A DNA stretch of 64,000 bases from Camelus dromedarius (lineage: Eukaryota). The translations under genes were made by a program, and so were the position numbers. The notes below the pieces were generated by a model. The model was given only the letters and a program-made list of their open reading frames with translations, was not told where the DNA came from and ran no database searches. The stretch spans positions 109,864,001 through 109,928,000 of the forward strand of contig NC_087437.1 of NCBI RefSeq assembly GCF_036321535.1, written 5' to 3'. Of this stretch, positions 10,621-22,341 are shown in pieces. How positions within the stretch are numbered: position 1 is the stretch's first letter; each line of letters begins with the position of its first letter.

Positions 10621-13600
10621 TATATATTTCTTAATTAAGAGAATTACTGTGTATTTTTGAATAATATTCCCTTTAACTATGTGAGAACCTGGAGTGAGGG
10701 CAGCCAGCAAAACCATCATCTAGAGTTTCCAGAACTCCGGACTGTAAGGCACAGAGACAAAGGTAAGATCTGAGCCTGCTTTTCCCTTTGATCTGTCAGT
10801 GACCTGACTGTGGAGCCACAGCTCCGTGACTTACTGAGTTTCGACTGTCCATCACATTAAAATAACAGACCAAAAGAACAAGCACAGTTGAGTGTACTGA
10901 GTAGTCGAAGAAATAATTTCATTAGCTCTGAGGCAGCGTCTGATCAAGGATTCACTTTCCTTCTGAGCCACTTCTGAAGTGCATCTTGAAACTATGATCT
11001 CAGCAGGCACTGGTGTAGGTGGACACTTCAGCATGGAGAGTACAGTGTTGGTGGTTATGAATAATTACAGAGTTCCATGGTTTTGAAATATTCTCTCGTG
11101 ATATTGGGAGTGACAATACGGTTAACTGACCTGTCAGGTGAGCCTGCTGCTCATCAAAGGCCTCCTGGAAGGTGAGATCGATTTTCATGAAGTGAACCTT
11201 GGGAAACACACTGACTGTATACTGAGAACTTTGATAGGCATTTCCTGCAGAACTCGAAGAAAAAGACACAATTAAGAAACTCAGTGGAATGGGGGTTTAA
11301 AATCTATTAATGTTTGCATTGGGTTTAGAAATGATGTAGCTTTATTTCTTTATCCATCAAAAAATATGGTACGTGAAAGAAGGATTCCAAAGGATATTGG
11401 CTACTACAGTTTTAAGATAGCAGACAGAAACAAGCATGAAGATCATGCAGTTATGTTCAGATCTTTGATAGCATACCAGTTGTAGGAGCTTTATTAATGC
11501 TTTAAGATTTCATTATAAAGTAAATTGTTAGTCATCTAAACACAAACTTTAAAGAATATGAATTTAAAAAAGGAATATGAATTGAAACAGAAACTTTAAT
11601 CATCCTTTAAGTAGATTGTGTGTTAAATTCTAGGGTAGACTTTTGTTTGATTTACAGCATTTAGGATAATAGATGTACATGTGGACATAGTATATTCTTT
11701 GCTATGTACTAAAGAGGGAGACAAGTGTAAAAGAAAACTTAAATACTTATATTTAGATTGATACATTTTTACAGCTGTAGAAAGTAATATTTTAAATCTA
11801 TGTGCAGTGTTTTTTTTTAAATAAAAAATTGTGGCCTCCTTTTATTTGAGAGGCAAAAGTGTTGATCAGCAAGGCAGTGAAATGTATGGGAAAAGAAGTG
11901 ATTCATTTGTGTATTTTAAGTGCAAATTTAAAAAGAGTTCTGCTGGGTTCTACAAATTAGCTGCCATTGGAGCTACAGACATAGTGTGTAATTTATTAAG
12001 CATATTCTGTGGCTAACTGAAATTGAACAGGACAGACATATATGAATCTTCATATTCTATGGTTTTCTAGAAGGCAGTGTGCTATAGAGAACTGATGACT
12101 ATTTTGTTTTGCTATTTAACAATTTTTATTAATAGGAGCTTAGACAAGGTTGTTGGTTATATACTCAACAAAGTCATAAGGTGGGACCAACTTTATTTCT
12201 CAGTATTGCAATTTTGTTTTGCATTTAATTTTTAAAATAACTTAGGGAATCAAAGCAGAACTGTTTAGTCTAAAAATCACTTTGCGAATAACCAACTACC
12301 ATTCCTAAGACTCCTGTAAAGCAAACACAACTTAGATTGTGTTTTTCTAGTATTTTTATTCTTTTCCTATGTATACAGATAGATAACATAGAGGAATGTT
12401 TGTTGACATGTGTGTGGTTATATGTAAAATATGTCACATTTTATGTGGACCTATAAAGTGGAAAAGTACAAAGATTTCTCAAGTGCCCCCTCCCACTCTT
12501 GCTTAATTTTTTATGTGTTTATTATATCTTCTATACCATGAGCTTTTGATTTTGGTATAGTCAGATTTACAAATCTTTCATTTTGTAACTATTGCTTATT
12601 TGTTTGTTCTTATTTAAGGAAATCTTTCTTATCTAGTATGTTTAATCTTCGGTATTGTTTCCCAGTTTTTTCTCTCTGGTGAGCTTATGTTTGCTTTTCT
12701 TGGGTCAAAGCAAAGTATACCTTTGTTGAAGTGTATCTCTTACCCCATCCCTTCCCCTGCCTCATTGCACACTCATCTCCTAGGCACCTCACCATTCAGG
12801 CATCACTCCAATGCCATTTCTTCGACCAAGTATGTTCTCTTTCTTCCAGTTGGAGACCTTCCTTTGATTTCTTTTAGATTGCACTCAAAATGGTTGAGAC
12901 AGTATTACGTTTGTTTCAACATGTACTTTTCTGAATAGTTCTTGAGAACAAGATCTATAAATCTTGATACCCCCCCCCCAAGAGTCTCATTCAATGCCTC
13001 AAAGAATAGGTTTTCTATTAAAGTTTGTAAAGAGAAAGACTGTGTGTTTAGTTTAGGCAACTGAATACTCAGCTGGGACACACAGTAATTATTTTCAAAT
13101 ACGTGAACACCTGTCCTATGTTAAAGGAATTAAACTGCTCCTAAATGGTCAATGGATGGTAGCTAAGGACAATTAGGTTTTTCTCAATATAAAGGAGAAA
13201 CTTCCAACAAATAGAATTCTCTGAAATTTGAATGAACTTACAAAGGAGTGACTTTATTGTCCCTAAACGTGTTCACACAGGAGCAATATGTTTAGATATT
13301 CTATAAGCATTTTCTACATATAGTAGGCCTACTGAATGAATAAATAAGATGGTAGCCCCATCCAAATGCCTCATGAGTTTTAATTTTATTCATTTACTAT
13401 TTGATGATCCCTCCTCATCTTTCCAATCTCCAGTTACACCCATTTCCAGGGGCCAATGTATTTGATTTTAAAGACAATTTGCTTTTTATTTCCAAAAAAT
13501 TCTTAGGATAGAGTTTACTTTACCACTTGATGAGATTTCATTTTCCCTTTCTTAAAGAACTTTCTAGAGATTAAATCACTTCACAGACAGTTTGATATTA

Positions 13601-13979
13601 AATTCATTTCCAAAGTCCAAATCTTACCTACTAAATTAGTAAATATGCATATTGTGCAGGGAAATATACATGCATTTAATATTTTATATAAGTTTTATTA
13701 AATGGATTTATTTTATATTTTCCCCAAATTTACCTATGTAAATATCAACCACAGACACTCTAAGAGAAATATCACTTAATGTGTTAAAAATAGAACAAAA
13801 CAAAACAAAGTCCTAGGAATTCATAGTCTATCTTCTTTATATTTTTAATTAGGCTACAATCTAAATAGCAGGAAACCAGTGCTTCAAAAATATTATGCAT
13901 ATTGCCCAGAACCCTGATAAAACTTTAGTGAATACGAAATAAAGCAAAATGAAAAGCATGATTTCCCAGTAGAAATGTG

Positions 13980-13985
13980 TTTATT
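13980..13985 (-). terminator. Candidate polyadenylation signal of KRTAP24-1
   Basis: TTTATT on + is AATAAA on the minus strand. It is the first canonical hexamer I found downstream of the stop codon, implying a 3'UTR of about 830 nt. Confidence 0.5.
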
Positions 13986-14811
13986 AGCTGTGAACCAGGA
14001 CTGTGTCGGCAATCAGGAAGTAACAAATCAGCAGGGGAGAATTATAGCAGAACTGTGAGCACAGATTATTACTTGTGAAGCTTCTGCAACAGCATTTTGT
14101 CATTCTTTCAACAAACAATTGTGTTCCTGCTACTTCTGAGGCTGTCTCCTAGGCAATGAGAACAAACGCCGAGTGCCAGCCAATCTTGTGTCTTATGGCT
14201 TCATTAGAAGAGAAGATTTGCAGAAGGTCTTCTGATTTTGAACTCTAGTTGTACATTGTTTCTCACACATCCTTGTCTTCAGGCACGAGGGGGAGGAAGA
14301 ACTCGCTCCCCTCACAATGTTTAAGACGATGCTCTCTCTTAGCTTATTAGCAAGATGCTAGTTAGGCATTAACAAAACTATTGACAAAAGGCAAGGCAAT
14401 CTTGAAAGAATCTGCTGGAATCATCAGTCAAACCAAGGAGGCTCCACATTTTCAAGAACGTTTGGGGATAGTCGCATGGCAGAAAAGTGACAGGGATAGC
14501 CAAAATAAGAAAGCTGTACTGTGGCGTATTTCATGTGGAATCTCTTCAGTGTATCCATCGTATTCAGTCTCAGAACCAATACCTTCAGGATCGGACTTCA
14601 ACACATAAGGCATTACGAGAGCAACAGAACAAAAGCTAGCAGGTGATAATGGCTGTGATTAATACGTCCTGGAGTCATATCTGAGGTTAATGGAACACGA
14701 TTCTTAAGATACATGCGGTAATTCAATTCAGCCGAGTATTAGAGAGGGTGACAACTTGGTCGAATCTGCCCCTTTGGACAATTTCTAGCAGCTATAAATG
14801 CAGTAAGTTGA

Positions 14812-15543
14812 TCAATAGCAACTCAGAGGTCTGCAACCACGACATAAATACCTCAGAGGAGGGAAGGTACTTGGTATACAGCTCAGAGACTGGAAGTTTC
14901 TTGAAAAATAGCTCAGGGGCTGATAAGTTGGATATTGGCAATTTCTTCTTAAATAATTTTGGAATCGGCAGCTGTTGGCAATACAAGATGAGGGTGAGAA
15001 GCTATCTGGTATGAAGCCAAAATTTTGGTAGCTTCTATACCCCAAGCTACCCAGTGTGTAGTGGTTTAGGGGCCGTAAACTCCTGGATAAGCAGTTAAGT
15101 AACCCAGAGTATTTGAAGCCATTGCTGAGGGTCTGGTGGGCTTTGCATGTGTATCGGCTGGGTGTGCTGCAATCGGATACATACCCTTTGGTCTGAGTGC
15201 ATGGGTTGCAGCTGGGGCTGGGTCTGACGTTGGTAGTTTCACAGGCACTGCGTATTTTGCTCACTGCTGCAGAGTTGCAGGGCACACCAGAGTCTGACTG
15301 GTCACAGCTTGTGGTGCAGGTCCTGGGCTCACAGCTGGGAGATTCACAGATTGGTGCTTCACCACAGGTTTCTTGGCAGTTATCCAGAAGCCAGAGAGTT
15401 CCTTGGTAACAACTAGGCAATCCAAGACCCAAGGGAGGGCTTACATCACTGGAGCAAAGAGCAACAGAAGGCGTCACTGGGATAATACAGTGGGTTCTGT
15501 AGCATATGCCCCTGCAATCCCCAGAATAGCCTGGAAAAGACAT
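14812..15543 (-). CDS. KRTAP24-1: Keratin-associated protein 24-1 (high-sulphur KAP, PMG-type), 243 aa, intact single exon
   Basis: Collinear with recalled human KAP24-1: YRTHC.IPVTPSV.L.SSD.SP, WLLDNCQETCGEAP, CETTNV.PSPSC, C-terminal IPSTFPPLRYLC.G.RPL.CY. 25 Cys. TATA box about 65 bp upstream. Correct syntenic position. Confidence 0.96.
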   Translation of the reverse strand: MSFPGYSGDCRGICYRTHCIIPVTPSVALCSSDVSPPLGLGLPSCYQGTLWLLDNCQETCGEAPICESPSCEPRTCTTSCDQSDSGVPCNSAAVSKIRSACETTNVRPSPSCNPCTQTKGYVSDCSTPSRYTCKAHQTLSNGFKYSGLLNCLSRSLRPLNHYTLGSLGYRSYQNFGFIPDSFSPSSCIANSCRFQNYLRRNCQYPTYQPLSYFSRNFQSLSCIPSTFPPLRYLCRGCRPLSCY

Positions 15544-15605
15544 GGAGCCAGAATGTGTGCTCGGTGATGCCTGGGAAGGTATGGTGAGGCTGTAGCCTGA
15601 CGCCC

Positions 15606-15612
15606 TTTTATA
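15606..15612 (-). promoter_or_regulatory. TATA box of KRTAP24-1
   Basis: TTTTATA on + is TATAAAA on the coding strand, 63-69 bp upstream of the ATG. Confidence 0.8.
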
Positions 15613-15747
15613 TCTTCCCTGGTGATTATCTGCAGCCTCTCCAGACTCTCTTCCTGGGACAGTAACAGAGCATCATTCCATTAGTGTGTTGTGTAGCTAC
15701 AGCTGCTGATGTCTTCACACTCATATAAAAATAAGTTTATTTTGACT

Positions 15748-15755
15748 CTTCAAAG
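15748..15755 (-). promoter_or_regulatory. LEF1/TCF-type HK-1 motif CTTTGAAG
   Basis: CTTCAAAG on + is CTTTGAAG on the coding strand, about 205 bp upstream of the ATG. This motif is known from hair keratin/KAP promoters. Confidence 0.55.
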
Positions 15756-17929
15756 TATCAATAATTGCCGCCTTGACCATCACCTGTCCCTCATCATCCG
15801 TAGACCATAGAGTTGGCGAATAGTGATTTCAGTGTTCATGGGCAAACTCGCATCTGTCGATCAGTGGTAAACAAGAGATCATGTGTCTGTGGGCTTCTGC
15901 ACTATGGCTATTAAAAGGTTAATGAGGGTTCAAGTAAAACAAAGAGGCTGTGCTTTTCCACTCTTTTGACTACTGCAAAATATTGCAGGACTTGATCCTG
16001 TATTCTGAAATAAGCTGAATGCTTTGACTGTCTCCACATTGTTGCCCAAAAGAGAGGGTAAGGCGCTGAACTATTAAGAGAAAGAATTGCTTCCCCCAGA
16101 TGTGTGCTGTACCCTTAACTGCACCAGGCCATGTACTGGTGACGCCCTCTCACCTGTTTGAAAAATTCAATCCATTCACAGCAATCCCAATGAGACTTCA
16201 GTGACCTACACAAGGCCAAAAATGAACTTGTCCCCAGGGGCCAGTGGTTGCTAAGTAACCAAGACTTCCATGAGATCCCTTTCTTAAAGAGCTTCTGCAA
16301 TATGTAATACCAAAGAATGCTGGTTTTTCAAGACTGTACCTTCCAAATTGACAAAAATTATACATTATACATTTCATTGTCTCTGTGGTAAAACCCAATT
16401 GCTGTCAGATGTAGAACATTTTTCTGCAGTTCTCCCCAAATAAGTTTTACTTGTTCTTGATTTGCCTTTTTTTTGTTTGTATGGACTTTATTCTCATGTT
16501 GAAGAATATAGTTATTTTTGGTCTATAACCAGAAAAAGGAATGGCTATGCTTAAAAAATTTTATTTAAATAATCTGTGTAGCTCTTATAGGCACTGTACT
16601 TATTAAATAACACTTTTCATTCCTTACGGTGAAGGCTGAAGGAAGTTTTAAAAGATTTTCATTTAAACTAAAGAATGGGCACTTTGTTCTTAAAAATATA
16701 AACTATAATTCATACTTACAGCCTCCATTGAATTGGAAACAGCAGCGCATTTATTAACAATGATAAGTTCAGACAGAGGGCAGTACCAACTTCTTCAGGT
16801 AGAGAAAGCCAGAGGGATAGTTTTTAAAAGACACTGTCCTCACAGAAGACAATTAAATTTCCCTCCCTGTTCTCTGCTTTTCAGCTAGATTTTTTAAATG
16901 CACACCAATTTAAAGTTACAGATATCCTCCAAATTTTTTTTAAATCTGAGTTTTCTCAATGCTTCACTCAGTATTTATTTGATAAGGTGATGAATTCATT
17001 CCATGTGCAACTCTTTATTAAACACATTTTGCTCTTTTGTGAATTGTCTCTCAGGTGAAATGGGTCAGGATCAGGGAACCATACTTTCCACAAATTGTTT
17101 AGCTCTAGAACATCCTGGGGTTTTGTGCAGAAATGTTCTGTCCTAAGGCAGGCAAAGTAGGGAATAAATTACACAAGGCAGTTGATGGCCAACTTTCCAC
17201 TAAATTACTGACTCCAAGTGATATACAGAAGAGCCCAGAGGCTGATGGAGATTTATTTCTCCATCTCTCTGTCATCCCGTGATTACCTCTAGTCTTATTT
17301 TAGGCTTCCTTGTAGCAGATTTGAGGGAAAACAAAAACAAACAGACAAGAAAATAGAATGAGTAAGTCAGTCAGATGTACAGCCCACATACCCCTCTTCC
17401 CTTTTCATTACATGGTAGAGTATTTTAAATTAATATCATTCACACCAGTGTAAGTCCGACAAATAATGTAGAATATCACATAGCATAATCAATATTCACA
17501 GGATGAGGCTACACCATATTTAAATTTATTTTGGTGCAGTAACATGCTAAACACCCAAATGTTGAGATTTGCAAAGGCAGAGTTCGCTCAACTCCTCTCG
17601 TTCTCATTTATGTTTTATATTCTTATTCACTCATCACACTCAGAGGTAACCATCACTCCCTATTCACTCCCCACTTGCAGGAAACAGTACCTCTACAGAG
17701 CTGTCTTCTGCTTTAGTGTCCATCTGGGCCAGAAACTGAGCAGACAGCAGCAGTAACAGCAAATATTAAGCTCATAACACTGATAGTTTTTAGTGGACAG
17801 TACAGACTATTGTCATTTGGGTGGCATTGTCCTCTGAAGGCTTTGATGAAGCATATGCATTACTCTGTATTTGTACAATTACTAAAGAATCTTTCCTTCC
17901 ATTAATTCTCCTATTTGTAGTATTTTTGA

Positions 17930-18382
17930 TGTGTGGAAAGCTGAATAGAACCCTCCTCCCCACAACCAATTCCCACTTCCCAATCCCCAGAACCCATGAA
18001 TGTTATCTTATGTGGCAAAAGGGACTTTGCAGATGTGAATAAATGTCTTAAGATGGGTACTCTGGGTGAGCCTGCTGTGATCACTGGAGTCTTACGAGAA
18101 GGAACAGTAGCTTGGAGCAAGAGAAGCCCATAGAAAGACAGGAGCAGAGACCGGACTGATGCTGCTGTGCGTGAGGAAAGCCAGCAAACTCCAGAAGCTG
18201 GAAGAGGCAGGGAATGGATTTTCTTCCAGAGACTCCAGAAAGCATCAGCCCTGTTGACGCCTTGACTTTAGTTCGGTGAAACTGATTTTGAACTTCTGGC
18301 CTCCAGAATTGTAAGAGAATAACTCTGTTATATTAAGTGACCAAGTCTGTGGTTGTTATGGAAGCCACAGGAAACTAATATA
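17930..18382 (+). mobile_element. ERVL-MaLR solo LTR (MLT1C/D-like)
   Basis: ccccagaacccatgaatgttatcttatgtggcaaaagggactttgcagatgtga...agaagctggaagaggcagggaatggattttcttccagagactccagaa...ttctggcctccagaattgtaagagaataa...ggaaactaata matches the recalled MLT1 consensus. Confidence 0.85.
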
Positions 18383-19164
18383 TTATGTCAGAATTAAATA
18401 CACGGAACTCTAATAGATAGTCTTTTTGTAGTTTGAGGAATTTGTGCTCTGTGTCCATGGCAAGTTTAAGGAATAAGCTTTCTACTCATCAGATAATTCA
18501 GAGTAATGTCCATGCCTTCTGAAAAAATAAGATACAAAATCCCTTTACCTAATGAGGCAGCAGATTTTTTTGCAGCTCATTAAAAAAGAGTAATGGAACA
18601 GTTTCCCAATTTTTCCCAAAGGTTAAAAATCCTTTAGGGTAAACACGAAAGATCAAAGAAAGCTAAATTTTCCAGTAAAAGGCCCTTAAAGAAAATAATG
18701 AAGGTCACCTTCCTAGCCTTTTAGGTCATGATGAAATTTTGTCTTCCTCTTTGCCACCATATATATATATGTTCTAATTTCACTTGCCAGAGCATTGTTA
18801 AATGGATGCAACAGTGATCCCATGATCTGAAAAAGCAAAATGTATCCAAATTCATACTTACATAGCAATTAAATTCTAAGTATGGGGTCAAAATGATTCT
18901 TAAATTTAGCAGTGATAAACTAAAATTGTGTAACCCAGCTACATTTATGTTATTAGCTTCATGTAGATCATTAATAGTTTCAAAAGCTGAAGGGCAGATG
19001 AGCAAAGTAAAAAATTTAGGAAACAGGAGTAAAGGAAGCTAAAACATTCTTTTTCCTGCTTTCAGGTGTCTCGAAATATATTTAATAGACAAGACTAATA
19101 CATGTGGTAAGCAGGATGGGAGACAGAATATTACCAAGTGTACAATGTGTGATCCAGATAATTA

Positions 19165-19810
19165 CATTTTCTTTTTTTCTTTTTTTAATTGAAGTACAAT
19201 TAATTTACAATATTGTATTAGTTTCAGGTATACAGCAAAGTGATTCAGTTATATGTACGTATTTATATGTATATGTGTATATATGTATATATACACATTC
19301 TTTTTCAGATTATTTTCCATTTTAGATTATTACAAGATACTGAATACAGTTCCCTGTGCAAGTAGGTTTTTGCTGTTTATCTATTTTATATATAGTAGTG
19401 TGCATCTGTTAATCTCATACTCCTAATTTATTCAAACTCCTCCCTTTCCCCTTTGGTAACCATAATTTTGTTTTCTATGTTTGTGAGTCTGTTTCTGTTT
19501 CTGTAAATAAGTTCACTTGTATTATTTTTAGATTCCACATATAAGTGATATCATGTAATATTTATCTTTGTCTGACTTCACTTAGTATGATAATNNNNNN
19601 NNNNNNNNNNNNNNNNNNNNNNNNNNNNNNNNNNNNNNNNNNNNNNNNNNNNNNNNNNNNNNNNNNNNNNNNNNNNNNNNNNNNNNNNNNNNNNNNNNNN
19701 NNNNNNNNNNNNNNNNNNNNNNNNNNNNNNNNNNNNNNNNNNNNNNNNNNNNNNNNNNNNNNNNNNNNNNNNNGTATATAGTGCTGCTGTGAACATTGGG
19801 GTGCATGTGA
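19165..19810 (-). mobile_element. L1 3' fragment (artiodactyl-type) spanning an assembly gap
   Basis: Poly(T), then aattgaagtacaattaatttacaatattgtattagtttcaggtatacagcaaagtgattcagtt... through tagattccacatataagtgatatc...; continues after the gap as atagtgctgctgtgaacattggggtgcatg. Confidence 0.9.
19595..19773. other. Assembly gap (179 N)
   Basis: Run of N counted from the sequence lines; inside an L1. Confidence 0.98.
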
Positions 19811-20019
19811 AGACAGAGCGTTTTTAAAATGATAACACAAGTGGATAGAAAGACAGGAGAGCAAGTTTGACTTGTGCTTAACTTTTCAGGAAATATGGTA
19901 TGAATGTAATGAGATACAAGTATAATGTGAGTTAATCATTTTGCGATGAAATTGTCATGACTGTGTCTTTATGAGTTATGAATCACCGTCTCACTGAGTA
20001 CTATTGAAACTTATTTATT

Positions 20020-21340
20020 AGTGTGTGACCCTGGAAAATTATTCTCTCTCAGTAACTCAGTACCTTATTATGTAAAACCAGAGCTAATAGCACCTACTTG
20101 GCAGGGTTGTTTTGAGGATGGAATGAGATTAAAAAATGTGAGTAGACCTAAGAAAGTACATGACACATAGTAGATACAAATTAAATGTTACTTTTCTTTC
20201 TAATTTTCTAAAGCTCTCATTCAGAAAACTTGAGACTTAATAAAGATATTATTATTAATTTACTTTGATGGTTCAGATGCACAATCCTGCAACAATCTTC
20301 GTCTTCTCTAAAAGTTCTGATGTCAAAAATGAACAGGTCTACTCCATGCGGTTAAGAAAAATGCCTTGTTTGACAACAGATCATTAATGACTCCTCTTAC
20401 CTAACCCGTGTTCTTCTGTGCTATATGTCATTAACTAGTTCCTGGAAGGCTGCATGTGTAGTCGTTAAGAAGAAGGGCTCAGTATTCACACTTCTAGGAT
20501 CCTAATCTTATCTCTGATGCTCACTTAGAGTATCAATTAACCACCAAATGCTTCTGTAACTCAATTTTGTATCTTCAAAATGGAGTTAATAATAGCATTT
20601 TCTCCAAAAGCAACTGTGAGGATTAAATGAGTTGGTCAAACAAAGGTTATGAAATACAGCACCTGTATAGTTGATGTTGGCTTTTATCTATAATCTTTGC
20701 TAGCATTATTATTATCATTAAATATTATTTTCATTATTATTATTATCATTCGATGTCGTCTGAAACCCCTTGCATCTGGAATGAGTGCCTCGGGAAAAAA
20801 AGAAAAAAATAAAGAAAATAAATGCACCAGAGGAGACAGGCTTTACACTAGATAACTTGCTATGATCTATATAAATTATATATAAAATTTTATATATAAA
20901 CAGAATATATGTGTATATAAGTAATTTAATTTATAGGAATTGAAGAAGTTAAAGATATTTCCTACTGTTTACATGGGAATTAAGACTGAGAGGACATAAA
21001 ATCAGTCAGTGTAGAGAGAAGGGAGTTCTGTGAGGCAGGAAAGAAATGGTTTTATTTGCAGTTTAGATTTGGAAGTCCTTGAGCTGAAGATTATGGTCAC
21101 CAGCTTACTGATGACTTCTAAGTGGCTTCCAGGGTAGTTGTCACCTAAATAAAGAAGACTACAGATAATATGGAAGATAAAGAGAAGGCTTTGGAATCCA
21201 ACTCAAGTGGGTCCTTGGGCAAGTTGCTTGCCCTGTTTGAGTGTTCTTATTTGTTACAACGGGGAGAATAATATTCTTACAGGCGGGTTCATAGAAGATG
21301 ATTGAAGCAATGTGGTGGCACATCGAAGGTGATCAGTACA
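20020..21340 (+). mobile_element. Cluster of three MIR relics (about 20020-20180, 20470-20700, 21160-21340)
   Basis: Each shows tgtgacc/ttgggcaagtt...tgtaaaatgg/ggagataatagcacctac...gttgtgaggattaaatgag-like MIR core segments. Confidence 0.6.
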
Positions 21341-22082
21341 GTAGAGATGAGAAGTTGCTTGTCGGAGGAACTCACTTCCCCCGAGTACATGGAAGAGCTG
21401 AATTAAATGTTAGCTACAAATACATATAAAAGAGAGAAACAAATTCAAAGTAATAATAGTGTTCTCTATGCAAAGATCCATGAAGGGGCAGGGGGAAAAT
21501 AAGTTTATTTTAAGTGGGGAAATAAGTTTATTTTAAGTGGAGAAAACAATGTTGCACTTTCCATTGTCCAGAACTAAAATTTATATAACTCATTTGCAGT
21601 TAATCTCATTAGGTCACATTGTGATTTGCTCTGTTCAGTGATGTGTTAGAAGATGTATATAAAGCTGGTGGGTGAGACTGGCTATTTACCCCTGTTTCTA
21701 CTGGCAATATTCCAGATAATGAAGTTTCTCTACTCCTGGATCCCCAAATGAGAAGGATTTGGAACTGGAACAGTAAATGGGTAGTGTGAGTGATAAGTAA
21801 ACCATTGCAATTTTAAGCTTCTGGAATTTTGAAGTCATTATTTACTGTGATAAAACAGAGTCTATTCTGACTAAAGAACCTTCATAATTCCCTCTTTAAG
21901 TGTTAGAAAATACATGTGTACAATTAATGCTCAAGTAGTATGACATGTCCAATCAGGACTTTCAAAGTATCTATCTTGTTTGTTTCTTTAAATATATTTG
22001 GTTTAGTAAAGGTAAAGACTTTAACTTCATGGGAGATAGCAAAGTATAAAAAGATACTGTTTTCTAAATAATTCAAAGCAAG

Positions 22083-22088
22083 TTTATT
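22083..22088 (-). terminator. Candidate polyadenylation signal of the KRTAP25 locus
   Basis: TTTATT on + is AATAAA on the minus strand, about 255 nt beyond the reconstructed stop. The KRTAP26-1 and KRTAP27-1 signals lie at a similar distance (about 240 nt). Confidence 0.4.
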
Positions 22089-22341
22089 TAGAGATAACCA
22101 GGAAAACTTTTCTTGCTGCTTAAGAACATGCTAAAGGCCTAAGAAACCAAAAGGCTTATCACAAAAAAATGTTCTAGTGAATAAACCAATAATTAAAATC
22201 ACTTGGAATTTGATCAACTAAAAGAGTACTGATTAAAACAGTAGTTGAAAGCATAATTATCTATCGGCCTAAAAAAACATTCACTAACCTAAAGATGACA
22301 TTTCTTTACGAAGCTATCTGACAAGATGCTAGGATAACAAT

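Noticed and set aside
15197-15567. + strand ORFs overlapping KRTAP24-1
   Set aside because: Antisense shadows of a stop-poor KAP coding sequence.
15728-15743. 16-mer AAAATAAGTTTATTTT shared between the KRTAP24-1 promoter and the 21.5-kb tandem duplication
   Set aside because: Almost pure A/T and near-palindromic; a chance match is likely in this AT-rich window.
19545-19864. ORFs containing X runs (also 31850-32160 and 41734-42018)
   Set aside because: Artefacts of translating through N gaps; flanks are L1.
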